Assembly: GCF_004010195.1 (NCBI RefSeq)
Contig: NC_057728.1
Coordinates: forward strand, 50,102,892-50,166,891
Source of the DNA: Chiloscyllium plagiosum
Lineage: Eukaryota
Length of the DNA: 64,000 nucleotides
Direction: 5' to 3'
Both the position numbers and the translations under genes were made by a program. The first letter of the stretch is position 1, and every line of letters starts with the position of its first letter. This document shows positions 11,979 through 24,210 of the stretch, piece by piece. The notes under the pieces were generated by a model. It was given only the letters and a program-made list of their open reading frames with translations, made no database searches and was not told the DNA's origin.

Positions 11979-12822
11979 GGAATCAAAGTCTAATCAACAT
12001 CATCTCCTCTCAAAGAACTCTGGAATTGTTCTGGTTGACTCGGAAAGGGATCTGCATTACATTTAAACACACACATCAGTGATTTTCAATGACATTCATT
12101 AAGTACCTACACTACTTACAGGAGAAGATTCAAAGAGGAAATCTCCCTCCATACTTGGATCCCACCTTAATGAGATCTTACATGATGATATAGCTCTTTA
12201 TGTATGTGTTTGGTAGCTATCTCCAGAATAAAAATATAGCTAACCTTTTACTCTATCGTCATTGGTCCATTCTGTCTGGTCACCGCTTTGAAAAAGCTGC
12301 TACCTAAATTAATCCCACTCTCGCTTCTTTCCTCTTAGTCCAGCTATATTCTTCACTTCTTGCATTTCTCTAATTTCCATTTTAAAAGTTCTTTTTAAAT
12401 CTCCTTCCATGTACTCTTTCAGCAGTGTATCCTAGATCATAACAACCTGTTCACCATAAATCTGTGTCCCTCTGATTATCATCCTTCCTGTCTTTGGAAA
12501 CAGTTCCCCCTTCTTCACTCTGTCCGAACCTTTCATTTTGATCATCTCCATTCTCTTCCCTGCCCTCAAGATTCACAGATTCAGCAGTTGAAGAAACTTA
12601 GTCACTCCTCCCTGATACCAGTCTAGTAAATCTCTTCTGCACACCCTGTAAGGCTATGGTGATTCTCTCTGGCTCTCACTCTCTCTGGTGCCCTTTCCAG
12701 TGGACAGTGATCACCTTCCCTCTAGCTGCCTGGACTTCCTGAAGGACCTTAGTAAGAATGCATGATGGACAAGAGAGTGGATGGGGTTAGACTGGCACCA
12801 AGATGCATTAGTCTCAGAGCTC

Positions 12823-13030
12823 AGAGTGTGCCGCTTGGAAAGCACAGTAGGTCAGGCAGCATCCGAGGAGCAGGAGAATCAATGTTTCGGGCATAAGCCC
12901 TTCCTCAGGAACGACTTATGCCCGAAACATCGATTCTCCTGCTCCTCAGATGCTGCCTGATTTGCTGTGCTTTCCCAGCAACACACTCTCGACTTCGATC
13001 TCCAGCACCTGCAGTTCTCACTTTCTCCTA
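12823..13030. mobile_element. Palindromic mini-PLE
   Basis: Inverted pLTR arms; ctcagagctc repeated on both flanks (12813-12822 and 13034-13043). Confidence 0.8.
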
Positions 13031-13751
13031 AGCCTCAGAGCTCGACAGGTCAAGAACATTGAGAAGCATTTCCTCACACAGAGGGTGAAACAGAAATTCT
13101 TCCCCTCTGTCCAAAATAGCTGCTGACATTGTAGGTCAATGGTGCCCTTGACAATGGAGATAGATTGTTAATAAGAACAAAATATTGTGGATGTTGGAAA
13201 TCTGAAATAAAAACAGAAAATGATGGGGGAAACTCAGCAAGTCTGGCAGCATCTGTGGACAGAGAAACAGAGTTAATGTTTCAAGTTGATTCTTTTCGAA
13301 AAGTGGATGGAAAGGCAAGGGGGTTAACCGGTATGCAGCTAAGTGGAGTTAAGGTACAGATCAACTGTGACCTTACTGAATGTGCGAAAGACTAAATATC
13401 TTCTCCTATTCTTATGTTTCACGTGTTTGCAAAGTAATTATACCTGCATTCTATAAGAGACATTTCCTGCTGAAATAAGTACCTGAATCTGAAACATCAC
13501 CACCGGCACAACATTAGCCAATTGTACAATGATCTGCAGACTAGTCAGCCCAGTTTGAGACCAGATCTTTATCATTCTGCCATGAAATGTCGGTGTTGCT
13601 GGCTGGACCAGCTCTTATTGCCCATTCCTAATTACCCTTCAGAAAGTGGTAGTGAAAGCTCTTCTTAAACACTTCAGTCTATTTGCTGTAGGTACACAGA
13701 CATAGGGATGGAATTCCAAGACTTGAACCCCGTGACAATGAAGGAATGATA

Positions 13752-14180
13752 TAGAGTCATAGAGTCAAAGAGATATACAGCACAGAAACAGATCCTTTGA
13801 CCCAACTCATATTCTACCAGATATCCTAAATTAATCTAGTTCCATTTGCCAGCACTTGGCCCATATCCCTCTAAACCTTCCTATTCATATACCTATCAAG
13901 ATGCCTTTTAAATGCTGTAATTGCATCGGCCTCCACCACTTGCTCTGGCAACTCATTCCATATATACACCATCCTCTGCATGAAAATGTTGCCCCTTAGA
14001 TCCCTTTTAAATCATTCTCTTCTCACCTTAAACCTTAGCCGTCTAGTTCTGAACACCCCCACCCCAATGAAAAGACCTTGACTATTTATCCTATCCATGC
14101 TCCTCATGATTTTATAAACCTCTATAAGGTCACCCCTCAATCCCCGCGCTCCAGGGAAAACAGCCCTCAGCCTCTCGCTA
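13752..14180 (-). mobile_element. CR1 LINE 3' fragment nested in an older L2/CR1-group fragment (~13590-14580)
   Basis: atagagtc tail; host sequence resumes after ~14180. Confidence 0.8.
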
Positions 14181-14797
14181 TGAAGCAATAGACTTCCAAG
14201 TCAGGATAGTGCAGAGGAGATTTTACAAATGGGAGTGTTCCTATGCATCCTTGTCTTTCTGGAGCTGGAGGTAATCAGTTTGGAAATTGCTACTGAAGGT
14301 GAATTTCTGTGGCGTATCTTGTATATGAGCATCGGTGAGGGAGGTAGTGAGTGTTGAAAGTGATGTATGAGGGGCCAATCAAGAGGTTGCTCTGTCCTGG
14401 ATAGTATTTAGCTTCATCAGTCTGGTTGGGCTGCAGTCATCCAGGCAAGTGGAGAGTATTCCATCACACTTTCCTGACCTGTGCCGTGCCAACAGTGGAC
14501 AGGCTTTGAGAAGACAGAAGGTGAGTTACTTGCTGTAGAATTGTCAGCTGATTTGTTTCTGTTGCCATAGTATTTGGGCCAGTTTTTGTTATACACAACA
14601 AACCATTAAATGCTATTCAGTTAATTCTGAATAAAATAACTGGTGAATTCATCTCAATTTTAAAATCATGACTTCTCGGAAGAAATCTTTTTAAAAATAT
14701 GACATTGTTAAAGTACTAATGCAGCAAAAGTCATGAGGCAGCAAACAGTTTCTGTCTTAGTGAGTAGCACTCTCATTTCCAAGTAAGAAGATCAAAA

Positions 14798-15120
14798 GGG
14801 GGCGGCACAGTGGCTCAGTGGTTAGCACTGTGGCCTCACAACACCAGGGACCAGGATTTGATCCCAGCCTTGGGTGACGTTCTGTCTGGAGTTTGCACAT
14901 TCCCCTATGTCTGTGTGAGTTTCCTCCCACAATCCAAAGATGTGCAGATTAGGTGAATTGGCTATGCTAAATTGCCCATTGTTCAGGGATGTATAGGTAA
15001 GGTGCAGTAGTCAGGGGCTAAATTTAGGGGAATGGATCTGGGTGGGCTATCCTTTGAAGTGTCGGTGTGGACCTGTTGGGCTGAAGGGCCTGTTTCCACA
15101 CTATAAGGATACTAATTCTA
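14798..15120 (+). mobile_element. HE1-type V-SINE inserted into a Deu-domain SINE (~14750-15410)
   Basis: gggcggcacagtggctcagtggttagcactg head; flanks continue into gctgcactgacagg...caggtgg..ctattcgaagaa..aacagattatctggtcatt (Deu domain). Confidence 0.8.
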
Positions 15121-16699
15121 AAAGAAGTTTATGTCCTAGAGATTTCTGACAACAATCTAGGCCGAGACTCCAATGCAGGGCTGAGAGGCTGCTGCACTGA
15201 CAGGGGGGCTGTCTATTGGACTTAGTGGTATATCACAGCCCTTTTACTGCATTATCAGGTGGGTGTAACTATTCTGTGGTACTATTCGAAGAAAAGGCTG
15301 CAGGATTTATTCCTGGAAATGGCCGTCAGTCAGGATCATTGAAACAGATTATCTGGTCATTATCTACTTTTTGTTTGTGAGATCCAGTATCCAATCAACA
15401 CTTGCTGCATAATAAAAACAACAGCAATAACTGATGCAGAATGTGTTTGGACATCTTGAGGGTATGGACGTTGCATATAACTTATCGGCTATTCAGTCCA
15501 ATGGATTGATGCTAGCATTTTTGAGTCACAAAGTGCTATATCAAACCAAATTCTTCCTTTCTATCTAATGACTGACTGCTTTCAAATAACGCTAATCTTC
15601 CTAGACTTTCTAGGAGTGTATTCAACCACAACCCTGCAGCATTCTAAGTAATACCATAACATTTAAATGTACCAGAAAGACACAGCATGTGCAGATTCTG
15701 AGCTACAGAAATAACAATTAGAAAATCATTGAAATGGTAATTATGCGCAACTTTGGATCAATTTATTGAATAAAGATGTTTACAATTTATGATTGTTTGT
15801 GTCCTACTAAATGAGTTTTTAACATATACATAACTGTTAAAATAAAGTGAAAAAATCCAGAAATTATGATTATTAATACTTTGTCTATGATTCTATGACT
15901 ATTCCAGTCATATCTCACAGTTGATGTGATTAAGGTGACTGAGATGCATTTAACAACATTTTCACAAGGAATATCGGAAATATCACACAGAGATAAAGTT
16001 TAAACAATAATGAGAGAGATACAGAGAGAAATGAAATAAAATTCAAAGAGAGTGCGATGAATAAACAGGAGAGAAAGAAGTTATAGAGGGATGAAAATTA
16101 GGCGAGCGCTCGGAACTAAAACAATGAATGAAATTCTCTCAGACTGATTTGTGAATGAGAACCTGGCAAGGAGTTGGGAGCAAAGGAGGCAGCTAGAGGA
16201 GTCAGGGTTAGAAATTCCAGGATAGCTTCAACGACAGATATCTGGGAAAGAGACTGTGTTCCGCAGTTGACACGTGCTAGCAGCCCAGTGGAATCAAAAG
16301 ATATTCAATCCAGATTCAGTGGTTAATATATTATTTCTGGTTAGCACTTCACAACCACCTGCACTTGGTGTATTTGATATTTTTATCTTTATCCAAATCT
16401 ACAAATGCACTTTAATTATTAATTCTCCTTCACGTACACGCCCAAAACCCATGCAACATTCGCAGCAAGTTGTTTTCTGTTCTGAATGTTTACCTTACTT
16501 AGGCTGCCTATTTCAGGAGCGTATTCCTGGACTGAGTTTTTGCAAATCCTGTGGAGGGGTCCCAGAGAAGCAGCTCCCTAACCTTGCTCATTCCAGCCCG
16601 AGCAACAAGTGTACTGCTCCAGCACACTCTGCCGGCATTCCTCCCATCCCACCTAACCATTCTCATCCTCAATGCTCGGACTGAGCTCCCGGTTCATCT

Positions 16700-17255
16700 T
16701 TTTCCACAATCTACCCCCATTCGCCAACTCACTGTTCCTCCCCATGCCATCTCCCCCCCGGCCCATCTCCCCTCTTTCCTGTCCAACTCAGTGTACTCAT
16801 CTCTGTCTTGATCTTACCCTGGTGCCTCCTTCCCTTCCTCTTTCCCACACTCTTCCCTATCTCTTCCTCTCCTGATATTCCCTCCCCCAATCTTGTTCTC
16901 TTCCCTCTCTCCCCTTCCTCATTGTCTCTCCCTTCCCTCTCTCCCCNNNNNNNNNNNNNNNNNNNNNNNNNNNNNNNNNNNNNNNNNNNNNNNNNNNNNN
17001 NNNNNNNNNNNNNNNNNNNNNNNNNNNNNNNNNNNNNNNNNNNNNNNNNNNNNNNNNNNNNNNNNNNNNNNNNNNNNNNNNNNNNNNNNNNNNNNNNNNN
17101 NNNNNNNNNNNNNNNNNNNNNNNNNNNNNNNNNNNNNNNNNNNNNNNNNNNNNNNNNNNNNNNNNNNNNNNNNNNNNNNNNNNNNNNNNNNNNNNNNNNN
17201 NNNNNNNNNNNCCCCCTCTCCCCCTCTCTCCCCTATCCCTCTCCCCCCCTCACTC
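16700..17255. repeat. Low-complexity polypyrimidine (C/T) tract spanning assembly gap 16947-17211
   Basis: ctctcccc-rich sequence on both sides of the N run. Confidence 0.85.
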
Positions 17256-17730
17256 CGGTTACCTGCTCCGCTGATTCCGCTCTTCCTGCGCTCTCCGCTG
17301 AAGATAAATTCGTAACATTTCTTCTGCTCCACCAGCCCCCTGAAGCAGAGCTCGGTCACGATGTGGAGAGCTTTCTCGCACAGGCTGATGCCGTCCTGTT
17401 GGCCGCTCATCTCTGCTGAGCCATTCTCGGGGTGCGGGGCTGGAGCGGGCTCGGTTCTCCCCCCCTGCTCGCCGCCCTCCCTGCGCCCAGGAGCCGGGGC
17501 GCTCTGCGCTCTCAGGCCGCTGCACAGTGAGGGAGAAGCGGCAGCTGGGCGCTGGGGGCGGCGCTGCTCTGTACGGCTGGGATCCCTCTGTCACTCACTC
17601 AGACTCGCCGCCTGTCCAACAGGTAGCAGGACGAGGCGAGCTAACAGTCCCCAGCTATCAGACTGCAGTAGGCATCACACCACAGCAGGAGCTGGAATCA
17701 GGCGACAAGTTTCCAATTCCCAGTCACGCT
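17255..17730. promoter_or_regulatory. CpG island covering the 5' UTR, promoter and exon 1 of the synaptotagmin gene
   Basis: GC-rich and CpG-dense (e.g. ggggcggcgctgctctgtacggc) in an otherwise CpG-depleted window; surrounds the ATG. Confidence 0.75.
17263..17410 (-). CDS. SYT10: First coding exon of a synaptotagmin of the SYT3/6/9/10 Cys-motif group, most similar to synaptotagmin-10
   Basis: Translates MSGQQDGISLCEKALHIVTELCFRGLVEQKKCYEFIFSGERRKSGISGA(G/D). This matches the recalled SYT10 N-terminus (..SLCQKALHIVTELCF.G.VE..KC) with three luminal Cys (C11, C22, C32). It ends at a phase-1 donor CAG|GTAACC (148 nt coding) just before the expected TM-encoding exon 2, which I did not find in the window. 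SYT10 versus SYT6/9 is not certain. Confidence 0.85.
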
Positions 17731-18175
17731 GATCCCCTCACCTAAATTATTCAAGTTTCCAAATTATAGCTGCTCCTTTCCAGCCTCTCCTTTCCCTTCA
17801 CGCTATTTTGGCTCCGCAAGCATTCCTCCTCAGAACTCAAACCCCGTTCCAGCATCCTGTATCCTCCTTCATCTGTAATTCTGTCATCTGAAGCTGGAAC
17901 GTGCATTTGTGTAACGCCTTTCCCGTCCACATGGCGCCCCAAAGGCGTCACACAAATGAAAACCTCGTCATTAAGTGGGACTGTGGGAAACGTGGCGGTC
18001 AAATTAAGCAGTAACAAACTGCCGAGTTTGAGCAGAGTCTATTGATAACTATTGATTACACATAGAGGAGATCACCCTTGTTACGCTTACAGATATTGTC
18101 CATTGGTATTTTTTAATGTCTAATTAAGAGGGCAGAGGGACTTTAGTTAAACATGCCAACTGAAAGACAGTACTT

Positions 18176-18726
18176 CTGACAGTGCAGCACTCCCTCAGTA
18201 TGACCCTCCAACAGTATACCATTCCTTTGATTGTAACCCTCTGACAGTGCAGCGCTCACTCAGTACTGACCCTCTGACAGTGGGGTGCTCCCTAAGTACT
18301 GACCCTCTGACAGTGCCACACTTCCTCAGTACTGACCCTCTGACAGTGCAGCGTTCCCTCAGTACTGACCCTCTGATAGTGCTGCTCTCCCTCAGTACTG
18401 ACCCTCCGACAATGCAGCACTCCCTCAGTACTGACCCTCTGACAGTGCAGCGTTGCCTCAGTACTGACCCTCTGACAGTGTCCACTCCCTCAGTACTGAC
18501 CCTCCAACAGTGCGGCACTCCCTCAGTGCTGACCCTCCAAGTGTCCATTCCCTCAGTACTGACCCTCTGACAGTATGCTAATCCCTCAGTTCTGACCCTC
18601 TGACAATGCAGCACTCCCTCAGCACTGACTCTCCAACAGCGTGGCACTCCCTCAGCATTGATCCTCTGACAGTGCAGCACTCCCCCAGCACTGACCCTCC
18701 AGCAATGCAGCACTCCCTCAGTACTG
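18176..18726. repeat. 33-bp minisatellite (~16-17 units), consensus CAGTACTGACCCTCTGACAGTGCAGCACTCCCT
   Basis: Direct tandem units with point variation; continuous with a reverse-oriented Deu-SINE domain at ~18065-18200. Confidence 0.95.
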
Positions 18727-19149
18727 CATTAGATAGTCACCCTACAGTGGGAAATGAAGAAGAGCCAGGAGTTTGCAGTTCCTTGGGAACCATCTGTCCC
18801 TCAACCAAGCTGCCAAAATTGACATCCTCTGCAGGATGCTAGTGTGTGTAAATTAGCTGCTGCATTTACAAACAAATGAACAATAACCACACTTTAAAAA
18901 GTTTGAAAATTGAGGACATAAATTGCTGAAAAATCTCAGCAGGTCTGTGGAGAGAAATCAGAACGAACATTTCATGTCCAGTGACCCTTGTTTCAGATTT
19001 CCAGCATCCTCAGTTCTTTTGTTTTTTTTTGGAAAATTGAGGAGGTCTACAGTGTAAGGAAAAGGCCTCACATCACCTTCTCAATGTAAACTACAGATGG
19101 GCATTAAAGTCCAGCTTTGTCTGAGATGCCAACATCCCAAGAGTAGAGA

Positions 19150-19735
19150 AAGGACAAGCCTTTTTACCTCCTCCCACCTCATCATCCAAGGTTCCAAACC
19201 GTCTTTCCAAGTGAACTTTTCAATTTAGTGAACTAATTCAGTGCTCATGATGCACTGGGGAGATCAAATATAGCTTTGATGGCTGCTTTGAGGAGTAATT
19301 TTGTTCATGCATGTGACTGAGATTCCAGTTGCTTGTCATTTTAATTCCCAACTTTAGCTCTCTCTCTGACCCATTACACCCACCCAGACTTAACAGTGAC
19401 TTCAGCAGTTTCAGATTGGATGATCCAGTTGCAGCCATTCACACCTCCTCTAGACCCATCTGTTTTTTTACTTTGCCTGTCCCATTGCCATCTCTTTGCA
19501 CCATCATCCTTTTCACCATTTAATCGATCTTGTCTTCCACTCACTCACAGAACTTCCTGTTTTTCTTCCTCTACTTTCTCCTGATTTCCCAGCCTCTCTA
19601 CTTGTTTAAATCTGTTACATCTCAAAGCTCTTTCCAATTCTGAGAAAGATCGTCGACCTGAAACATTAACTCTATTCCTCTGCTTAGATGATGCCTGACT
19701 TGCTCAGTGATTCTAGCATTTCCTTGGTTTATATT
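19150..19735 (+). mobile_element. Old Penelope-like 3' fragment (GIY-YIG remnant, 3' UTR, pLTR)
   Basis: Decayed GE.K..L...F.E-like and LNSDFSSFR segments, then a pyrimidine-rich UTR and pLTR-like cctgaaacattaactct...tgcctgacttgctcagt. Confidence 0.55.
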
Positions 19736-20798
19736 TAATAAAAAGTACAACATATCAACTACAATACATGGACTGCAGCAGTTCATGAAGATAGCTTACC
19801 ACCACCTCAAGAGCAACTAAAGATGGTCAATAAATACTGGTCAGCCAGCACACACACATCCTACAATTTAATTTTTAAAATGCTTGATTATTTTCCTTTC
19901 TTGTGCATGAATATTATTAATGCATGTTTGTGTTGAAGACAGACCATCTATGAGGGTTCAATGTAGAAATTATTTTTGCAATGTAATCATGTAAATGCTT
20001 CATGCTTTTATCAAACTCCTGTCCTCTTGCTATCAATAGAGAGAGGAACTTGTTATGAGAACAATGGTCAAATTAGTTTTACCATGAAGGGTTTTAATGG
20101 TATCACATTTATGGCTATCCTTTAAGAGTACATGACGTTTAGATTTTCTATTCATTATGTACGTTTTAATCAAAATAGCACGACAGCACAGAACCACATA
20201 AGTGTTATGGTGTAGAAACAGGCCAATCGGCCCATCATGGCTGGCTGAATGAACTTAGAATTTAGTGCCTTCTGCTGCTTTTCCCCTTCTCTTTATACAT
20301 TGACCGATTATTTAAATAAAAACAATATCCTCTTGAATGACTCAATTGAACCTACTCCACCAAAGTTCAATTTGCATTCCAGACCCGAAATACTTCTGTG
20401 AAAAAGTAATTTTCTCATCCCATATTTGTTATGTTTGCAAACCACTTTAAATCGCTGTCTTCTCATTCCCAGGGTAGACAAGTAGGAGGCTGGAAGAACA
20501 CAGCAAGCCAGGCAGCAAAAGGAGGTGGAGAAGTCAACATTTCAGGTGGAACCATGCCCAACCCTTTTACCAGACTGAACAGTTTCTCCTTGATTACTTT
20601 ATCTAGACCACTCGTGACTTTGAAAATTTCTATCAGATCTCCTCTTAGCCCTCTCCTATCCAAGGAGAACAGTCACAATCTCTCCAGTCTATATTCTTCC
20701 CTGGAACCATTCTTATAACCCACTTCAGTGTATTCCTATCCTTTCGTATAGAATAGCACCCAGAACTGAACACAGTACTTCAGTTGAGATCCAACAAG

Positions 20799-21845
20799 TG
20801 TCATGCCCATGGGTCAGAACCCCAAAGTATTACAGACAAATTTAACTCATCAGTCCAAAACGTGTATGTGTCTTTAACAGAAGGCTGATACAGCCACAAT
20901 AACTGAGGATGTAAATTAAGAGGCTGGAGAGAGAGAGAGTGAGAGAGAGAGACCCATAAAATATCACTCATATGGAAGCAAAAGGAACTTTGAACAAAAA
21001 CCCCTCAGAGGTGGGAAGAGGCAAATCAAACCAGACTGGATTGTGATCTCTTCTAACTACAGAGATAATTAGGTTCTGATGACTTCCTGCTCAACTTCAA
21101 GCCACATCCTGAAGATTATATCCCAAACTGCAGATATATTTTCTGTTTTGACCTATGAAGAATATGCAAGGAGAATGGGTAAAAATACAGTCTTAACTCT
21201 ACTGGAGTGTACTGGTAGGGCTGAATCTTCTCATGTATACCACCAACCTGGATTGAAGCATCATCATGTGTGAAAGACACGATTATCCCTGTGTTCTAAT
21301 ACCTTCGCTCACTCCAAATGCTCAAACCAGTTAGAAAGGAAACCAGATGACAGAAGAACACGCTCCTGCCCTGAATGTTGAAATACAATCATGGTTGAAA
21401 AGAATCAGAACTGCAGAATTGTATTGAACCCACAAATCCCCAAGGATTCTGAATGAACCATTTGTTCATCTACTGACATTAACACTGCTGCTAATCTTCA
21501 CTGCAAGATGCAACTATTTGTTCTTTGTGAACAATTCAAACACTGATCTGTAAATGTGTTTTATACTTTTGGACTCATATCTTATTCCTAATCTGTGTGA
21601 AATGTGTGTTGCATTACTAATTCTGCTCATGTTTAGCAATTACAAAACTTAGTAATTTCTATGCTTTGTTAACTCCAAAAAGCTGATTAATTTGGCTCCT
21701 TTAAAAACAGAAGTTCATTTGGGTCTGAGAAATGATATGGACAAGGAAAGGGATCATTTAAAAATTAATATGATTGCATCCAACCAAGGGGGTGGGTGGA
21801 TGAAAATGGGAGCCAATACATCTCTCCTGACCAGAGAGATAAACA
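20799..21845 (+). mobile_element. Possible degraded solo LTR
   Basis: Begins TGTCATG right where a CR1 fragment ends and finishes ...AAACA; internal (GA)n and cata-aaa. No clear TSD. Confidence 0.3.
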
Positions 21846-22444
21846 TTGGATTTCATTTCTCTGGGTCATTTAAATCAGAATTTCAGAAGCTCAATTTGGT
21901 TCTGATCTATGATCCTGTATTGCTATGTTCAAAAATGAAATTTATTCATTGATGACACAATGGGACCAGAAACCATTTCCATGCCAATCAAACTATAACA
22001 CTTTCAAATACTTATTCCCAGGAAATGGGTATCAATAGCTAGACATCTTCCTAATTGCCCATAGGGCAGTTGAGAGTCAACCACATTGGCTTCAAATGTA
22101 AGTCCGCCCAGATAAGGACTGCAGATTTTGTTCCCTAAAAGTCATTGGCACCAATCAGCAGTCACTATTTGGCTAGCTTTTCTTTTGATTCCAGATGAAT
22201 ACTGAATACAAATTTCATCATCAGCCATGGTGGATTCAAACCGATAGGCCCCAGAACATTGACCTGGGTTCTGGATTGTTAAGCCACTCAACCTCCAGCT
22301 CTCCAAATACAGAAATTGCAAAAGATTGATATACAGGTGTCGCACGTAATCAGGGAAACGTGTTGCAGACAGAATGGAATATTAACATCAGAAAGTTTTA
22401 CCACAGCTGCACAGGACCTTGGTGGGCTCACATCACAAATAATA

Positions 22445-22965
22445 AAGTCATAGAGATATAAAGCATGGAAACAAACCCTTCGGTCCAACCCATCCATGCC
22501 GACCAGATATCCCAACCCAATCTAGTCCCATCTGCCAGCACCCGGCCCATATCCCTCCAAACCCTTCCTATTCATATACCCATTCAAATACCTCTTAAAT
22601 GTTGCAATCGTACCAGCCTCCACCACTTCCTCTGGCAGCTCATTCCATACATGTACCACCCTCTGTGTGAAAATGTTGCCCCGAAGGTCTCTCTTATATC
22701 TTTCCCCTCTCACTCTAAACCTATGCCCTCTAGTTCTGGACTCCCCCACTCCAGGGAAAAGACTTTGCCTATTTACCCTATCCATGCCCCTCATAATTTT
22801 GTAAACCTCTATATGGTCACCCCTCAGCCTCCGACGCTCCAGGGAAAACAGCCCCAGCCTGTTCAGCCTCTCCCTTTAGCTCAAATCCTTCAACCCTGGC
22901 AACATCCTTGTAAATCTTTTCTGAACCCTTTTAAATTTCACAACATCTTTCCGATAGGAAGGAGT
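22445..22965 (-). mobile_element. CR1 LINE 3' fragment (young subfamily)
   Basis: MRGMDRVNRQSLFPGVGESRTRGHRFRVRG..FTQRVVHVWNELPEEVVEAG. Confidence 0.92.
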
Positions 22966-23104
22966 CAGTGCAAATGTTTTCCTTCTACAAGACTGCCGTC
23001 CAAAATGAACGGTCTGTTGTGAAATTATCCAAAGTACTTCCATTTGAGTGTCATTCAATATGGCCAAACAATGAGGAGCTCTCTCTCCTCCCAAGGTAAT
23101 CACA

Positions 23105-23410
23105 AAGTCATAGTATCATAGAGATGTACAACACAAAAACAGACCCTTCAGTGCAATTTATCCAAAGTGTCCAGATATCCTAAATTAATCTAGTGCCATT
23201 TGTCAGCATTTTGCCCCTATCCTTTCAAACTCTTCCTATTCATACACCCATCAGATGTCTTTTTTAAAAATGTAGTAATTGTACCAGCCTCAACCATTTC
23301 CTCTGGCAGCTCATTCCATACAAACACCACCCTTTGCGTGAAAAAGTTGCTCTTAGGTCCCTTCTGTATCTTTCCCCTCTCACCTTAAGCCTATTCCCTC
23401 TAGTTTTGGA
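23105..23410 (-). mobile_element. CR1 LINE 3' fragment
   Basis: Homologous to 22445-22740. Confidence 0.85.
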
Positions 23411-23829
23411 ATCAGAGCCCACTGGCTACTGGCCTGACTCCTGTTGGTAGTTGACAGGCAGGTGAATGTTTCTGGGAGGTATATTGAAGTCATCCTCGAT
23501 GAAGCAAGATGCAATGGAAAGCGGGTGGATCCGAAAACGGCAACAACAGATCTAAAATGTTATACAGCAGCTTCAACATGAAGTAGCCCCTTAATAACCG
23601 TGCAACATGACAGCAGATTGCTGATCCCTTAGTACTAGGAGAATGTACTTCAATTCATTACATTATTAGACATACTAGACTGTCTTTTGGCTAAACAGTG
23701 TGTCAAAAGCAAGACAGTGTTTTCAAATGTCATACAACTAAACCTTTTATCCTTATTTTAAAAAACTACAGTTGCTTGAAGCAGTTCAAAGGGAATTGAT
23801 TCGATTCAAGTAGTTTGGGTCTTTACCAA

Positions 23830-24210
23830 TTAGAGTTTAGATCAAGGAGGGGTGATCTTAATGAAATGTAGAAGATACTGAGGGGGTTGGATAGGATAGG
23901 TACGAGGAGGATACTTTCTCTTGTGGGGAAGACTGAAACAAAGCGACTTAGCTGAAGAATCAGACGTCTCTCTTTTGAACTAGAAATAAGGAGAATATTT
24001 TTTATATTCATTAGTCTGTGGAACTTTTTTCCTCAGACAACAGTGGAGACCGTTGCACTGACTTTCTTCAAGGCTGAGTTGGACAGATTTTTGATTGACA
24101 AGGGAGTCAAGGGTTATCGGGGGCAGACAAGAACATGGCTGCCTGATCAGCCCCGAGATTCCATTGAATGGTGAGGCATCTCAAGGGGGCTGAATGGCCT
24201 CATGCTACTC
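23830..24210 (+). mobile_element. Old CR1 3' fragment
   Basis: gaggggtgatcttaatgaa...gtctgtggaac..ttcaaggctgagttggacagatttttga...gggctgaatggcct. Confidence 0.7.

Noticed and set aside
1..17262. Synaptotagmin exon 2 (TM, ..SVSLL..WKLCW)
   Set aside because: No such peptide in the ORF track or by eye; it probably lies beyond the window start.
18176..18726. CRISPR-like array or coding repeat (172-aa ORF)
   Set aside because: Units are directly tandem with no unique spacers, there are no cas genes, and the context is eukaryotic. The ORFs come from the 33-bp period.
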